Assembly: GCA_963832745.1 (NCBI GenBank)
Contig: CAWHVC010000004.1
Span: 32,001-96,000 of the forward strand
Direction: 5' to 3'
DNA from: Candidatus Bathyarchaeota archaeon
GTDB lineage: Archaea; Thermoproteota; Bathyarchaeia; Bathyarchaeales; Bathycorpusculaceae
Length of the DNA: 64,000 nucleotides
Shown here: piece after piece, positions 30,003 to 39,650 of the stretch
Layout: each line of letters starts with the position of its first letter
Numbering within the stretch: position 1 is the stretch's first letter
Made by a program: the position numbers and the translations under genes
The notes under the pieces: model-generated
What the model saw: only the letters and a program-made list of their open reading frames with translations
The model's database searches: none
What the model was told of the DNA's origin: nothing

Positions 30003-31618
30003 AACGTGCTTTCCTGCTGGCGGTTACTGTAGCGCTTTTAGCCACGGCCACATTATGTTCAGGTCTGGCAAATGCTCAAAATTTAGCCTACAATGTTAAT
30101 CAGGAGTGGGCTCAACTTTTCATTAACCCAGATGGCACAGTGGACTTGACTTATAATATGTCATTAACCGTAACAGCGGGTACCATGCATGCTTTTGATT
30201 TGGGAATGCCTAACAGGGATTTTACCATTGGCCGCGCAGTTGACCAGTATGGAAACAATCTTAACACTTACAGTTACACGCCTGATGTGGCTTCGGTGGA
30301 TTTTAAGCAGCCTCTTAACGCTGGAGACAGCATCTGGTACACCATAACCACCAACGTCGCCGGCATGTTAAGCAACGACACGACCAACCCTGGCAATTAT
30401 GGCATGGAGTTTGCGCCTCAATGGATAGAAAATGTGCCCATCCACAACGTCCGCGTACAGATTGTTATGCCTGACGGCGTTACCGTGCAAGACGTGAAAA
30501 CTTTGCCTGACAAGTTCTGGAATAGCAGCTCAACTGTTGAAGGCAAAACAGCGCTTTACTGGGAAATCCCTGTGCTTCAAGCAAATCAGCAGTACCCAAT
30601 CGGCGTTTCTTTCCCGTCAGAGTTTCTGCCAAACTATGTTCCTACTCAACCTGGCGGAATTAACTTAGAAACCCTGCTGGATTATCTTGTTATACCCATC
30701 TTTGTAATAGTAATCATAATCGTCATTATTGTGGCCTCCAGAAGCAAAAGTAAGTACACTTCCCCAAAAGTCAGCATGGAAACATTAGGCTTAAAACGGG
30801 GCTTAACAGCTGTAGAAGCATCAAGCCTGCTTGAGTTTAAACCAACCCAAATAGTAACCGAAATCCTCTATAGCCTCCTGCAGAAACGGGCAGTCTGGGC
30901 TGAATCAACCAAACCCTCGTTGAAACTCAAGGTGCTCTCGCCGTACGAGAACAAGACTGGAACACCAGAAAATCCGTTACGCTACTACGAAATAGACTTT
31001 CTGCACTCCCTGCGGGAAGATGGCACGCTTGATGAAGAAAAACTTGCCCATACCGTCACTTACCTCCGAGACACTGTTGAGGAGAAAATGCGGGGCTACA
31101 ACCGGAAAGACACCGTGGATTATTACCGTAAAATCGTAGCCACAGCTTGGACGCAAGTGGAGCAGGCGGGAACACCTGAGCTTGCCTCAAACGCTTACAA
31201 TGAACAACTGCTCTGGCTTATGATGGACCCCAATCAGAAAACCCGCACAGAAACCGTCTTCCAAAACCGTGTTTTCCAACCTGACCCCTTATGGTTCTGG
31301 TGGTGGTACGGCTACACAATCTATCATCCACACCCAGTTTATCGTCCAAACATTAACGTTCCAGCACAGTCAGGACCTGCACCTGCCATTCCGGGCGCTG
31401 AATTTGCAAACAACATAGCAACCACTTTAGAGAACACTTCAAACAGTATAGTGCAGAACTTAGAAAAGTTTGCGAACTCTATTGTTCCGCCGCCACCAAA
31501 AGCTTCTCATGAACCAGCCCGTCATGGTTCTGACTGCGTTTGTGCATGTCATGCTTGTGCGTGTGCTTGCGCTTGTGTCTCATGCGCTTGCGCCTGCGCA
31601 GGTGGAGGAGGCAGATAA
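29996..31618 (+). CDS. Membrane protein (DUF2207-like architecture) with a C-terminal 10-Cys (CA)n tail
   Basis: Signal peptide, extracellular beta domain (INPDGTVDLTY..VQIVMP..GVSFP), one TM, a cytoplasmic domain, and the tail CVCACHACACACACVSCACACAGGGGR. Confidence 0.85.
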   Translation: MVKRAFLLAVTVALLATATLCSGLANAQNLAYNVNQEWAQLFINPDGTVDLTYNMSLTVTAGTMHAFDLGMPNRDFTIGRAVDQYGNNLNTYSYTPDVASVDFKQPLNAGDSIWYTITTNVAGMLSNDTTNPGNYGMEFAPQWIENVPIHNVRVQIVMPDGVTVQDVKTLPDKFWNSSSTVEGKTALYWEIPVLQANQQYPIGVSFPSEFLPNYVPTQPGGINLETLLDYLVIPIFVIVIIIVIIVASRSKSKYTSPKVSMETLGLKRGLTAVEASSLLEFKPTQIVTEILYSLLQKRAVWAESTKPSLKLKVLSPYENKTGTPENPLRYYEIDFLHSLREDGTLDEEKLAHTVTYLRDTVEEKMRGYNRKDTVDYYRKIVATAWTQVEQAGTPELASNAYNEQLLWLMMDPNQKTRTETVFQNRVFQPDPLWFWWWYGYTIYHPHPVYRPNINVPAQSGPAPAIPGAEFANNIATTLENTSNSIVQNLEKFANSIVPPPPKASHEPARHGSDCVCACHACACACACVSCACACAGGGGR

Positions 31619-31620
31619 AA

Positions 31621-32946
31621 ATGAGTCTGTTTAGAAAACCAAAGATTCCCTTTGGCCGGTTTGCTTACCGCGGAACTGACAAGTATTCAGGTATGTCCTT
31701 GCAGCTACGAGTTGAACGTGACGGACGAGGAGTTATGGTAATTAACGCCAACACCGTGCTGCACTTAAACCAAACCGCCACAGCATTTGCTTACTACTTT
31801 ATGCAGGGTTTACCTGAATTGGAAGTTTTAAGTAAAATCCAAAAAACCTACAAGGTTAATCAGGAAACCGCCAAAGTTGATTATGAGAAAATCATCAATA
31901 CCATCAGCACCTTGGCGAAAACAGAAAAGATTGACCCAATAACGTTCTTGGAGATTGAACGTGAAGAACCATTTTCTTACCAGTACTCGGCGCCACTGCG
32001 GATGGATGCTGCTTTGACTTTCCGTTGCCAAAATGACTGCATCCACTGTTATGCAGGGGGACCACACGAAACGCCTGAACTTTCCACCGCACAATGGAAA
32101 CAGATCATTGACAAACTTAGCGAAATCGGAGTTTTCATTATAACCTTCACAGGCGGCGAACCCACCTTACGCGATGACCTACCAGAACTGCTACTTTACG
32201 CTCAAAAGAAAGGCATAGTCACTGGTTTGATTTCTAATGGCCGTAAACTCAAAGATGCCGCATACGTTAAGGTGCTTGAAGATTCAGGATTAGACTTTGT
32301 CCAGGTAACATTGGAGTCGGATAAGCCTGAAATTCATGACGCAATGACTAAGGCGGTTGGCAGTTGGGCTGAAACTGTTGAAGGCATTAAAAACGCGGCT
32401 AAATCATTAATCTACGTTTCAACCAACAGCACGCTTAGCAAACAAAACGTGGACGGGTTCATGTCTACTGTTGATTTTATCAAGAGTTTAGGTGTGGACG
32501 CGTTTGGCTGCAACAGCCTAATTTATTCTGGTAAAGGGGATAAAGTAAGTGAAGAGTTTGCCCTGTCCGCTGACGAGTTAAAAGATTTATTGCCGAAGAT
32601 TCATGACCGAGCGCATGAGGTTGGCTTAAAATTTCTATGGTATACACCTACCCAGTACTGCATTTTTAATCCTGTCCAAGTAGGGTTAGGAATTAAGTCG
32701 TGCACTGCAGCCATGATTAACGCCTGTGTGGGACCCAACGGCGACGTTTACCCCTGCCAAAGCTACTTTGAAAGCCTCGGCAACATCCTAACTGAGCCTT
32801 GGGAAAAAATTTGGAACAGCCCCCTCGCCCAGAGCCTTCGCAAACGTGAATACGTGGAACCTAAATGCAAAGACTGCCCAACCTTGCAAGAATGCGGTGG
32901 AGGCTGTCCCTTGGAGCTGCAGAGTAAGCAACATATTTGTAGCTAA
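31621..32946 (+). CDS. Radical SAM/SPASM enzyme with PqqD/RRE-like N-terminal domain
   Basis: CQNDCIHC, GGEP, SPASM C..(GDVYPC)..CKDC..CGGGCP, and LHLNQTATAF..EVLSKIQKTYKV..AKVDYEKII (PqqD-like). ATG is 2 nt after the upstream stop. Confidence 0.92.
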   Translation: MSLFRKPKIPFGRFAYRGTDKYSGMSLQLRVERDGRGVMVINANTVLHLNQTATAFAYYFMQGLPELEVLSKIQKTYKVNQETAKVDYEKIINTISTLAKTEKIDPITFLEIEREEPFSYQYSAPLRMDAALTFRCQNDCIHCYAGGPHETPELSTAQWKQIIDKLSEIGVFIITFTGGEPTLRDDLPELLLYAQKKGIVTGLISNGRKLKDAAYVKVLEDSGLDFVQVTLESDKPEIHDAMTKAVGSWAETVEGIKNAAKSLIYVSTNSTLSKQNVDGFMSTVDFIKSLGVDAFGCNSLIYSGKGDKVSEEFALSADELKDLLPKIHDRAHEVGLKFLWYTPTQYCIFNPVQVGLGIKSCTAAMINACVGPNGDVYPCQSYFESLGNILTEPWEKIWNSPLAQSLRKREYVEPKCKDCPTLQECGGGCPLELQSKQHICS

Positions 32947-33024
32947 ACAGTATTATAGACTCTTTAGCGGTTAATCAAACCCTCTTTTAACCATTAAACC
33001 CAGAGTATAGCAGGCAAAAACGCT

Positions 33025-34263
33025 ATGGATATTCAAGAGAAAACGCGGCTCATTATTTTCGACGTTGAAGGAGTCTTAATTCCCAAAAACATGTTCTTCT
33101 ACAAGATGGGCAGAACACTTGGCTTCTTCACTTTAATGCAGATTCTGATATACGGGTTTCTATATGAAATCGGCGTGTCATCTCTTGAAACATCACTTAA
33201 ACGTATTTTCAACAAACTAAAAGGGCAGAAAATGCAAACACTGCTGTGCGTTTTTGACCAAATCCCAGCTACTCCAAGACTGCAAAGTTTTTTTGCGCAA
33301 GTAAAAGAAAGAAATTACCGTGTTGCTCTGATTAGTTCAGGTTTGCCCACGGTAATTGTTGAAAGTTTAGCAAAATGTTTAGGAGCAGACTATGCGTACG
33401 GTATTGATGTTTGTGTGAATGCTGCTGGCGAAGTTACTGGTGAAATCAGCGGGGAAGCCATAGAAGTTAACGGTAAAATGAAGATTTTACAGCATATATT
33501 AACGGTTGAAGGCTTAACTTTAAACGATTGCACGGTGGTGGCTGATGACCGAAACAATCGTTGTCTCTATACACGTGAAACCAAAAAAATCGGTTACAAC
33601 CCAGACTTTATCATCCGAGTAAAATCAGACTATGTTGTAATGGGGAAACTTGCAAGCATCCTGCCAATTTTAGACGCGAAAAAGGTTAAGCGGGCTTTCC
33701 CATCAACAAACGATTTCGTCAGGGAAGACATTCACGCTGCAGGCTTCTTTATGCCTGTAATAGCCCAAATAGTCGGCGTCCTGCCAGTAGCCATTTTCAT
33801 CAGTGCAGTATCAATTGTTTACCTTATATCTGAAATTATTCGGCTAGACGGCAAAAGATTACCATTCATCTCAGACGTAACATGTCATGCAGCTTCACAA
33901 TCAGAGTTTTACGGATTTGCCGCTGCTCCACTTTTCTACGCTTTGGGAATCCTGTTAACATTGTTGATTTTTCCTTTTCCAGCAAGTGCCGCTGCAATCG
34001 CCATTTTTGCTTTAGGGGACAGTACAGCTTCAATCTTCGGGGGCTTGCTGGGCATACGTTTGCCGTTCAATAAGGGTAAAACTTTGGAGGGTTCGCTTTC
34101 GGGTTTTGTCTTCGCGTTTTTGGCGGGCAGCTTGTTTGTTGCACCCTGGATTGCAGCTGTTGGAGCAGCAATTGCCATGTTTGTTGAGTATCTGCCGTTG
34201 CCAATAAATGATAACGTTGTAATTCCAATTGTTACAGCAGTGGCTTTAACACTGCTAATATAG
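33025..34263 (+). CDS. HAD (phosphoserine-phosphatase-like) domain fused to a dolichol/phytol-kinase-like domain
   Basis: N-terminal IFDVEGVL, LISSG, K, DD; C-terminal REDIH, LGDSTASIFG, KGKTLEGS, INDN. Confidence 0.8.
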   Translation: MDIQEKTRLIIFDVEGVLIPKNMFFYKMGRTLGFFTLMQILIYGFLYEIGVSSLETSLKRIFNKLKGQKMQTLLCVFDQIPATPRLQSFFAQVKERNYRVALISSGLPTVIVESLAKCLGADYAYGIDVCVNAAGEVTGEISGEAIEVNGKMKILQHILTVEGLTLNDCTVVADDRNNRCLYTRETKKIGYNPDFIIRVKSDYVVMGKLASILPILDAKKVKRAFPSTNDFVREDIHAAGFFMPVIAQIVGVLPVAIFISAVSIVYLISEIIRLDGKRLPFISDVTCHAASQSEFYGFAAAPLFYALGILLTLLIFPFPASAAAIAIFALGDSTASIFGGLLGIRLPFNKGKTLEGSLSGFVFAFLAGSLFVAPWIAAVGAAIAMFVEYLPLPINDNVVIPIVTAVALTLLI

Positions 34264-34281
34264 CTGCTATGCGAAATTATT

Positions 34282-34566
34282 TTATTTTTTAGAATCTATT
34301 AAATCCTGTTTTTGTTGATGACTTAGTTTTTTGATTTCACGTTCACGCTTCATTGCAACTCCTCGGCAATTATGCGTTTCAACGTAAGCGAGTTTTTGGG
34401 GTTTATGGGCTTTAGTGTATCTTGCACCTTTACCATTTTGATGCTGACGTGTTCTTGCCTCAACATCTTTAGTGTATCCAGTGTAAAAACTGCCGTCACT
34501 GCAAAGCAGTATGTAAACGTAAAACGCCACTGTCTGTTTACTACTCCTCTTGGGGCATGTATTCAA
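34282..34566 (-). CDS. GIY-YIG nuclease (UPF0213/YhbQ-like)
   Basis: YVYILLCSDGSFYTGYT..R..QH..GKGARYT..AMKRE. Confidence 0.9.
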   Translation of the reverse strand: MNTCPKRSSKQTVAFYVYILLCSDGSFYTGYTKDVEARTRQHQNGKGARYTKAHKPQKLAYVETHNCRGVAMKREREIKKLSHQQKQDLIDSKK

Positions 34567-35212
34567 AAGCGATGCCTTTTTGCATTGCCCTTTTCAAGTA
34601 AGCTTCTGGATCAATTTCTTGAACAGTTAACTTGTCAACATCTATAATGTAGATTTCATGAAGGTGTGCATTACGAATTTCATCAACAGTTACGGGGGGC
34701 TTTTTGTAGTAAGCGTCAACAAGACGTTTAACACAGGCGATTTCTTCATCTGTCCGGTTACGCGGAGGCTTAGCAAGCGCCTGAGGAAAAGGCAAAATGT
34801 AATGTGGCGTAACACCTAAAGCGAATTTGCCGGCGAAACTGCTGTAACGTATGATTTTGCTTGCTAACCGTGCAGACGTGTAAGTCATGGGTGCCAACGC
34901 GTTTTCGGGTGGAATGAAACCTGTTTCGATTTCTACTATGAGGTTGCCGTAGCCTTTAGTGGCAAATATGTCGCAGTTCAGTATCTCGTTAAGGGGATAC
35001 TCGAGTTGGACGTCGTAGTCTCTTTGGATTAGGTATTTGGCGCAGACAAGTTCCATGACTGAATGGTTAATTTTTACAACGTTCTCTTTTTGTAGTTTAA
35101 TAAGCCAATCTTTTAATCCAATTATTTTAGTTATGGTGGATTCTGGCGTGTTTATTGTTAGTTTTGAAATTAATTTTAAAATGTCAGCTTCAAATTTTTG
35201 TCTGCCGCTCAT
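34541..35212 (-). CDS. Archaeal hypothetical protein with PD-(D/E)xK-like motif
   Basis: VQLEY..CDIFATKG..IVEIETGF. Confidence 0.7.
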   Translation of the reverse strand: MSGRQKFEADILKLISKLTINTPESTITKIIGLKDWLIKLQKENVVKINHSVMELVCAKYLIQRDYDVQLEYPLNEILNCDIFATKGYGNLIVEIETGFIPPENALAPMTYTSARLASKIIRYSSFAGKFALGVTPHYILPFPQALAKPPRNRTDEEIACVKRLVDAYYKKPPVTVDEIRNAHLHEIYIIDVDKLTVQEIDPEAYLKRAMQKGIAFEYMPQEE

Positions 35213-35323
35213 CTACTGCGACCAACCAAGATTAAGAATGGTTAACTGTTTGTTTAAGCCTTCTGTTGGGTGGTAGTGTTTTGTTTTTCAAAATATTAAT
35301 TGCTTGGAAAATTGCCATTAAGA

Positions 35324-35382
35324 ACCTACCCTCTATAGGTTTCTGCATAGAACCTCTAATAGGCTCCAAATATGAAGGTTGG
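35324..35382 (+). repeat. Dispersed intergenic element copy
   Basis: ACCTACCCTCTATAGGTTTCTGCATAGAACCTCTAATAGGCTCCAAATATGAAGGTTGG. Confidence 0.8.
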
Positions 35383-35699
35383 AAATAATTTGTTTTTTAT
35401 TAATTGTAGGATTATTTTTTGAAAAGTTTGGTGAGTTTGTTAAAGCTGTTCTTTTTTTATGGAAATTTATTGAGTCTTAATGGCAAATTTTTTGTCTGTT
35501 TGTTTCTTTTTTGTGTCTTTTGTTCTGTATTTTTTACTATTTTATTTTCTGTGTCGCTTGCTTTTTTGTGTCTATTTTTTAGTACAGAGTGTTAGAAGAT
35601 AAAATTCTTAAGCCAAAGATTACAATTCATTGTCCAGCGATAACATGCTCGCGGGATAGACAGAAGCAAGTCTAAAACTTAACCTATAGGTCGGTACTA

Positions 35700-36303
35700 G
35701 TGAAGAAAAGCAATATTCGAAGAAAAACTTTTGTTGCTCGAGAGGACTTGCTAAACCGTCTTGCTGAAGTTGCAGAAGCCCAAGGAAGCAGCCTATTTGA
35801 ATTAGTTAACGACCTTTTTCAGTTAGCAATAGATTCCGACGAGCTTAACTTTAGCTTAAAACGGGTAGTTGAAGAACGAAAAACTTTAGAAACAGCTAAA
35901 GGCGCCGGTTTCATTTTGGGGCTGGAAAGCCTATGGTATGAAATGGCTGATACAGCTTACAAAAAAGATAAACGGATAGCTTTGAAAAGCTGGTTTGACT
36001 CTAGGGGTCTGGTTTGCAACACGCTATATGACTAATGGAGTTAATTCTCCTCCGCTTGACCAATTTAAAAATGACTTATCTGCTTTTACTTGGAATGCCC
36101 CCGAGTTTGAGCTTAAAATGAGAGGAAATAAAGCATCAGTAAGGGTAACAAGTCCACGATTTACCGAGGCTTACACTTTTCTTTTTGCCTCATTTTTGCT
36201 TGGTGCAATGGGAAAATTTGGGTATCAACCTGTTGAACAGCAAGTTTCCCGTGGCGTAATTCGTTTAGACACAGTAAGGAATGGTGTAAATGGTACAGCG
36301 TAA
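35700..36303 (+). CDS. Putative RHH-domain regulator with C-terminal alpha/beta domain (one frameshift near 36000)
   Basis: RKTFVAREDLLNRLAEVA..GSSLFELVN is RHH-like. ORFs 35700 and 35995 join (WFDS-GVWFA), paralleling WFESGKWHG in the next gene. Confidence 0.65.
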
Positions 36304-36865
36304 AGATAAGAAATTAGTTTACGTTAATTATGACTTGCTTGAAGAAGTTGCAAAGGCGTCAAGAAGCCGCGGAGAAACAATTACCAAATTCTTAGAGGAA
36401 GCATTAACCCAAGCGGTAAGAGTCACAACAGCAGGTTATGACATTAAACAACTAGGCGAATTCTTTGAAGTGATGTATGCTCAACGAATTCTCGGAGGTG
36501 CCTTTGTACCCTTAGATGTGCTAAATTACCTGACTGATTCTGCTTGCAAAGACGGAAAGGAATCCCTTGCAAATGTGTGGTTTGAAAGCGGAAAATGGCA
36601 CGGCAAATATCTAAAAGAACGCTTTGATGACCCTGTTCAGTCTTTAGAGAGTTTCTTGGAAGCTAGTCGTTGGGATTTAAGTGAGGTTGAAGTGAAACGT
36701 TTTGGTGTAACGGCGCGGGTGCGTTGTGTTTCTACAGTTCTTACAGAGGAGGCAACGCAGTTGCTTGCACGGTTTATTGAAGGTATAATGCAGGGTTTTG
36801 GTTATCAAATCCAGAAAAGTGATGTTTTGAAAGGTATGATTATTCAAGAATTTCTCAGTAAATGA
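36290..36865 (+). CDS. Putative RHH-domain regulator, paralogue of the upstream gene
   Basis: KLVYVNYDLLEEVAKA..RGETITKFLEEAL; WFESGKWHG..W. Confidence 0.7.
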   Translation: MVQRKDKKLVYVNYDLLEEVAKASRSRGETITKFLEEALTQAVRVTTAGYDIKQLGEFFEVMYAQRILGGAFVPLDVLNYLTDSACKDGKESLANVWFESGKWHGKYLKERFDDPVQSLESFLEASRWDLSEVEVKRFGVTARVRCVSTVLTEEATQLLARFIEGIMQGFGYQIQKSDVLKGMIIQEFLSK

Positions 36866-36972
36866 TTTTTTTTGATGTTTTAATTGTAGTTTTGGATTTG
36901 CCTTTTTTTGTATTTTTTTATCTTTTTTTAAGCTTTTTTTGCCTTTTTTTGGATGAGCATTTATTAAGGGTT

Positions 36973-37010
36973 TGTGCACATTTCCTTACACGTGTAACTA
37001 AACGTGTACA
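36973..37010. promoter_or_regulatory. Cluster of palindromes upstream of the S-layer-like gene
   Basis: TGTGCACA (36973), TTACACGTGTAA (36986-36997, perfect), TGTACA (37005); TATA-like TATAAG at ~37046. Confidence 0.5.
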
Positions 37011-37111
37011 TTTAGCGCTGACTTGTGAATTGTGTCTACAGTAGGTATAAGTACTCAAATCGCTAACTTAACAACCACTAATAAGTTATAGAAATAGGAA
37101 GAAATCAAAAA

Positions 37112-39515
37112 ATGAATACAATCAAATCAAAAAATAAGATTATAGCAGCAATAACAGTAATGCTACTAATGGTATCCATGGCGATAGCAATAGCGCCAGC
37201 AAATGCCGCTCCAGCAATAACTGCTCCAACAACAGGAACAGATGTTACTGTCGGACAAAAAGTTACAGTGTCTGGATCAGGTGCAGCTATAGGCAGTCTA
37301 GTGGAAATCTACTGGGGAACCACTGCAGCCGCAAACAAATTGGGTGAAGTCTACGCCGATGGCGCAGGCGCTTACTCAAAGCAGGTAACCATTCCTGATG
37401 CAGTTGCAGGTGCTCACTACCTCATCGTTAGAGACTCCAGTGGCTCAACAGCAGTATCAGTTGATGTTGTGGCAAACATTAAATTGTCCATGACCTCCGG
37501 CATTCAAGGTGATCGAAGTTACCGTAACCGGTACAGGCTTTGCAGGTGCAGCAGTTGGCAGTGCAGCAAGCAATGTTACAATCACCTTCACAGACGATGA
37601 CGAATATCGCAGTTGATGTTGCAGCAGTAAATGCATCTGCAACAGGCAGCTTCTGCAGTAAGTTTCAACAGTTCCAGAAGATGCAGTCTATGGTGAATAC
37701 CTCGTCATTGCAACAGACCAAGCAGCAACACCTAACACAGATAATGCAATCTTCACCGTTGGCGCTGCAATCGAGTTAGAACAAACAAAAGGCCCAACCG
37801 GTACAGTTGTTGACATTTCAGGTCGTGGCTTTGATGCAAACTCAAACATTACAATCTCTATCAACTCAACACCAGAAACAATCGCCAAATTAGTTAGTGC
37901 AATAAAAACTAACGCAAATGGTGTATTCACTGGTCAATTCATCGTTCCAACAATCGCTAAAAACACAACAACAGCATACACTATCACCGCATCAGATGAC
38001 GGTGTTGAAGAATACTCAGCAACAGCATCATTCACCGTAAATGCTACTTCAACCATTACAATCGCTCCAGTTGCAGGTGCCCCAAGCTCTACAGCAACAG
38101 TTTCAGGTATGTACTTTACAGCTATTGAAGGAACCGATGTCACTATCAAATTCGACGGTGCCGCACTTCCAGTAACATTCACAACTGCAGCAGACGGTTC
38201 ATTCACTGGTAACATATCTATCCCAACACGCCCAGAAGCAGCCTATCCAGTACTAGCAGTTGATGACTACGGCTTAAATGCAACTGCATCATTCACCGTT
38301 GCAATTGTCTCATTAGTGGTTTCACCCTCAAGTGTTGTAACTGGCGGTCAAATGACCATAACCGGTTATGGATTTGTTGGTCCACTAGTAAACATCACAA
38401 TGAACGGTCAACTTATCTTCAAGAACCTTGCAGTCGCTTCATTAGCCGGCGGTCAAATCTACACAGTCCCAACTAAAGCAGTAGGCACATACACAATCAT
38501 TGCAACCGACGAAGCAGGCAGAACAGCATCTGACACTGTCCAAATAACAGCAACAACAACCGTAACAGTAACACCAGCAAGCGCACCAAGAAGCTCACTA
38601 GTAACAGTTGAAGGTCTCTACTACCAACCAAGCCAATCATTAACAATCCTGTTGCTCAACACAACAGATAACACTAGAGTTAGCACATTAGTCACAACAA
38701 CAACCAACACAACCGGTGGATTCAAAGCAACATTCATAGTTGACTCAGACCTCCAATTAGACAACTACATCATTAAAGCAAACACAACAATCACATCAGC
38801 AACAGCACCATTCACAGTAGCAATCCTGCAAGTAACAGTTGCAACAGGCGCAGACTCATACCAGCAAGGTGCAATCGGCAGCTTCAGACTGACAAGCTCA
38901 ATGACCCCAGAAGGACGGATTGGAATCTATGATCCAGACGGAAACTTATTCGAATATCACGAATACGTATCAGTGACAATGACTGGGTACCAGCAGAAGG
39001 CTATATATTTGAAGCATATCATTGCAGAGGCAGGAGTGACATCAGGCAGCTACATCTATCCAACAGGCGGATACGGCTTGCTCAGCGGAACAATGTTCCG
39101 ACTGCCATCACGACGCAAAACTTGGCAACTGGACATGGACAGCAATGTTCTTCGGTGAAGACGAATTAGCAATCAATGGCATGTTCGCAGTCACTAACGG
39201 TACAGTCGTAGGCGTTGCAGGTCCAGCAGGTCCACAAGGCGAAGCAGGTCCAAAAGGTGACAAGGTGCAACTGGCGCTTCAGGTGCAACTGGCGCTACCG
39301 GCGCAACAGGCGCTTCAGGTGCAGCAGGCCCAACAGGCGCAACTGGTCCAACCGGTCCAGTAGGTGCTACAGGTCCAGCAGGCTCTGACGCTGAAGGCGT
39401 TATTGGCGGTCCAGCAATGCCAGCAGCATCAATCGGTCTAGCAATTGTTGCATTGATCGTTGGTCTGTTAGCAGCATTCGTTGCAATCACACTGCGACGC
39501 AAAATCGCTAGCTGA
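37112..39515 (+). CDS. S-layer-like surface protein: Ig/IPT-like repeats, collagen stalk, C-terminal TM (several frameshifts)
   Basis: Signal peptide and repeated VTV.G.GF..G.F..F.VP..Y.I.A.D..A.FTV units across frames; ends SIGLAIVALIVGLLAAFVAITLRRKIAS* at 39515. Strong GCA/ACA codon bias. Confidence 0.8.
39211..39389 (+). repeat. Collagen-like (Gly-X-Y)20 coding repeat
   Basis: GVA GPA GPQ GEA GPK GDK [1 nt missing] GAT GAS GAT GAT GAT GAS GAA GPT GAT GPT GPV GAT GPA GSD. Confidence 0.88.
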
Positions 39516-39535
39516 AAAAACCTAAAAAAACCAAA

Positions 39536-39560
39536 CCCCTTTCTCTTTTTATTTTTTTGT
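39536..39560 (+). terminator. U-rich archaeal terminator
   Basis: CCCCTTTCTCTTTTTATTTTTTTGT shortly after the stop codon. Confidence 0.55.
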
Positions 39561-39650
39561 CAAACTTTGCTTTTTAACACGCTTATTTCTACGCATGAAA
39601 CTTTGCTTATCTCAACTTAAACAACAGCAAAATCAGGATGTAAGCAGATT

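Noticed and set aside
31540-31620. Cys/Arg-rich N-terminal extension (MCMSCLCVCLRLC..) of the radical SAM ORF
   Set aside because: It is the alternative-frame reading of the upstream gene's Cys-Ala tail. ATG 31621, preceded by GGAGGAGG, is the more plausible start.
35390-35600. Very T-rich tract considered as a replication origin
   Set aside because: No ORB-like boxes recognised and no cdc6/orc1 nearby; similar T-rich tracts occur at 36870 and 47170.
39194-39502. Minus-strand ORF with PVAP/GPV repeats
   Set aside because: Antisense shadow of the collagen-coding region and TM anchor on the + strand.
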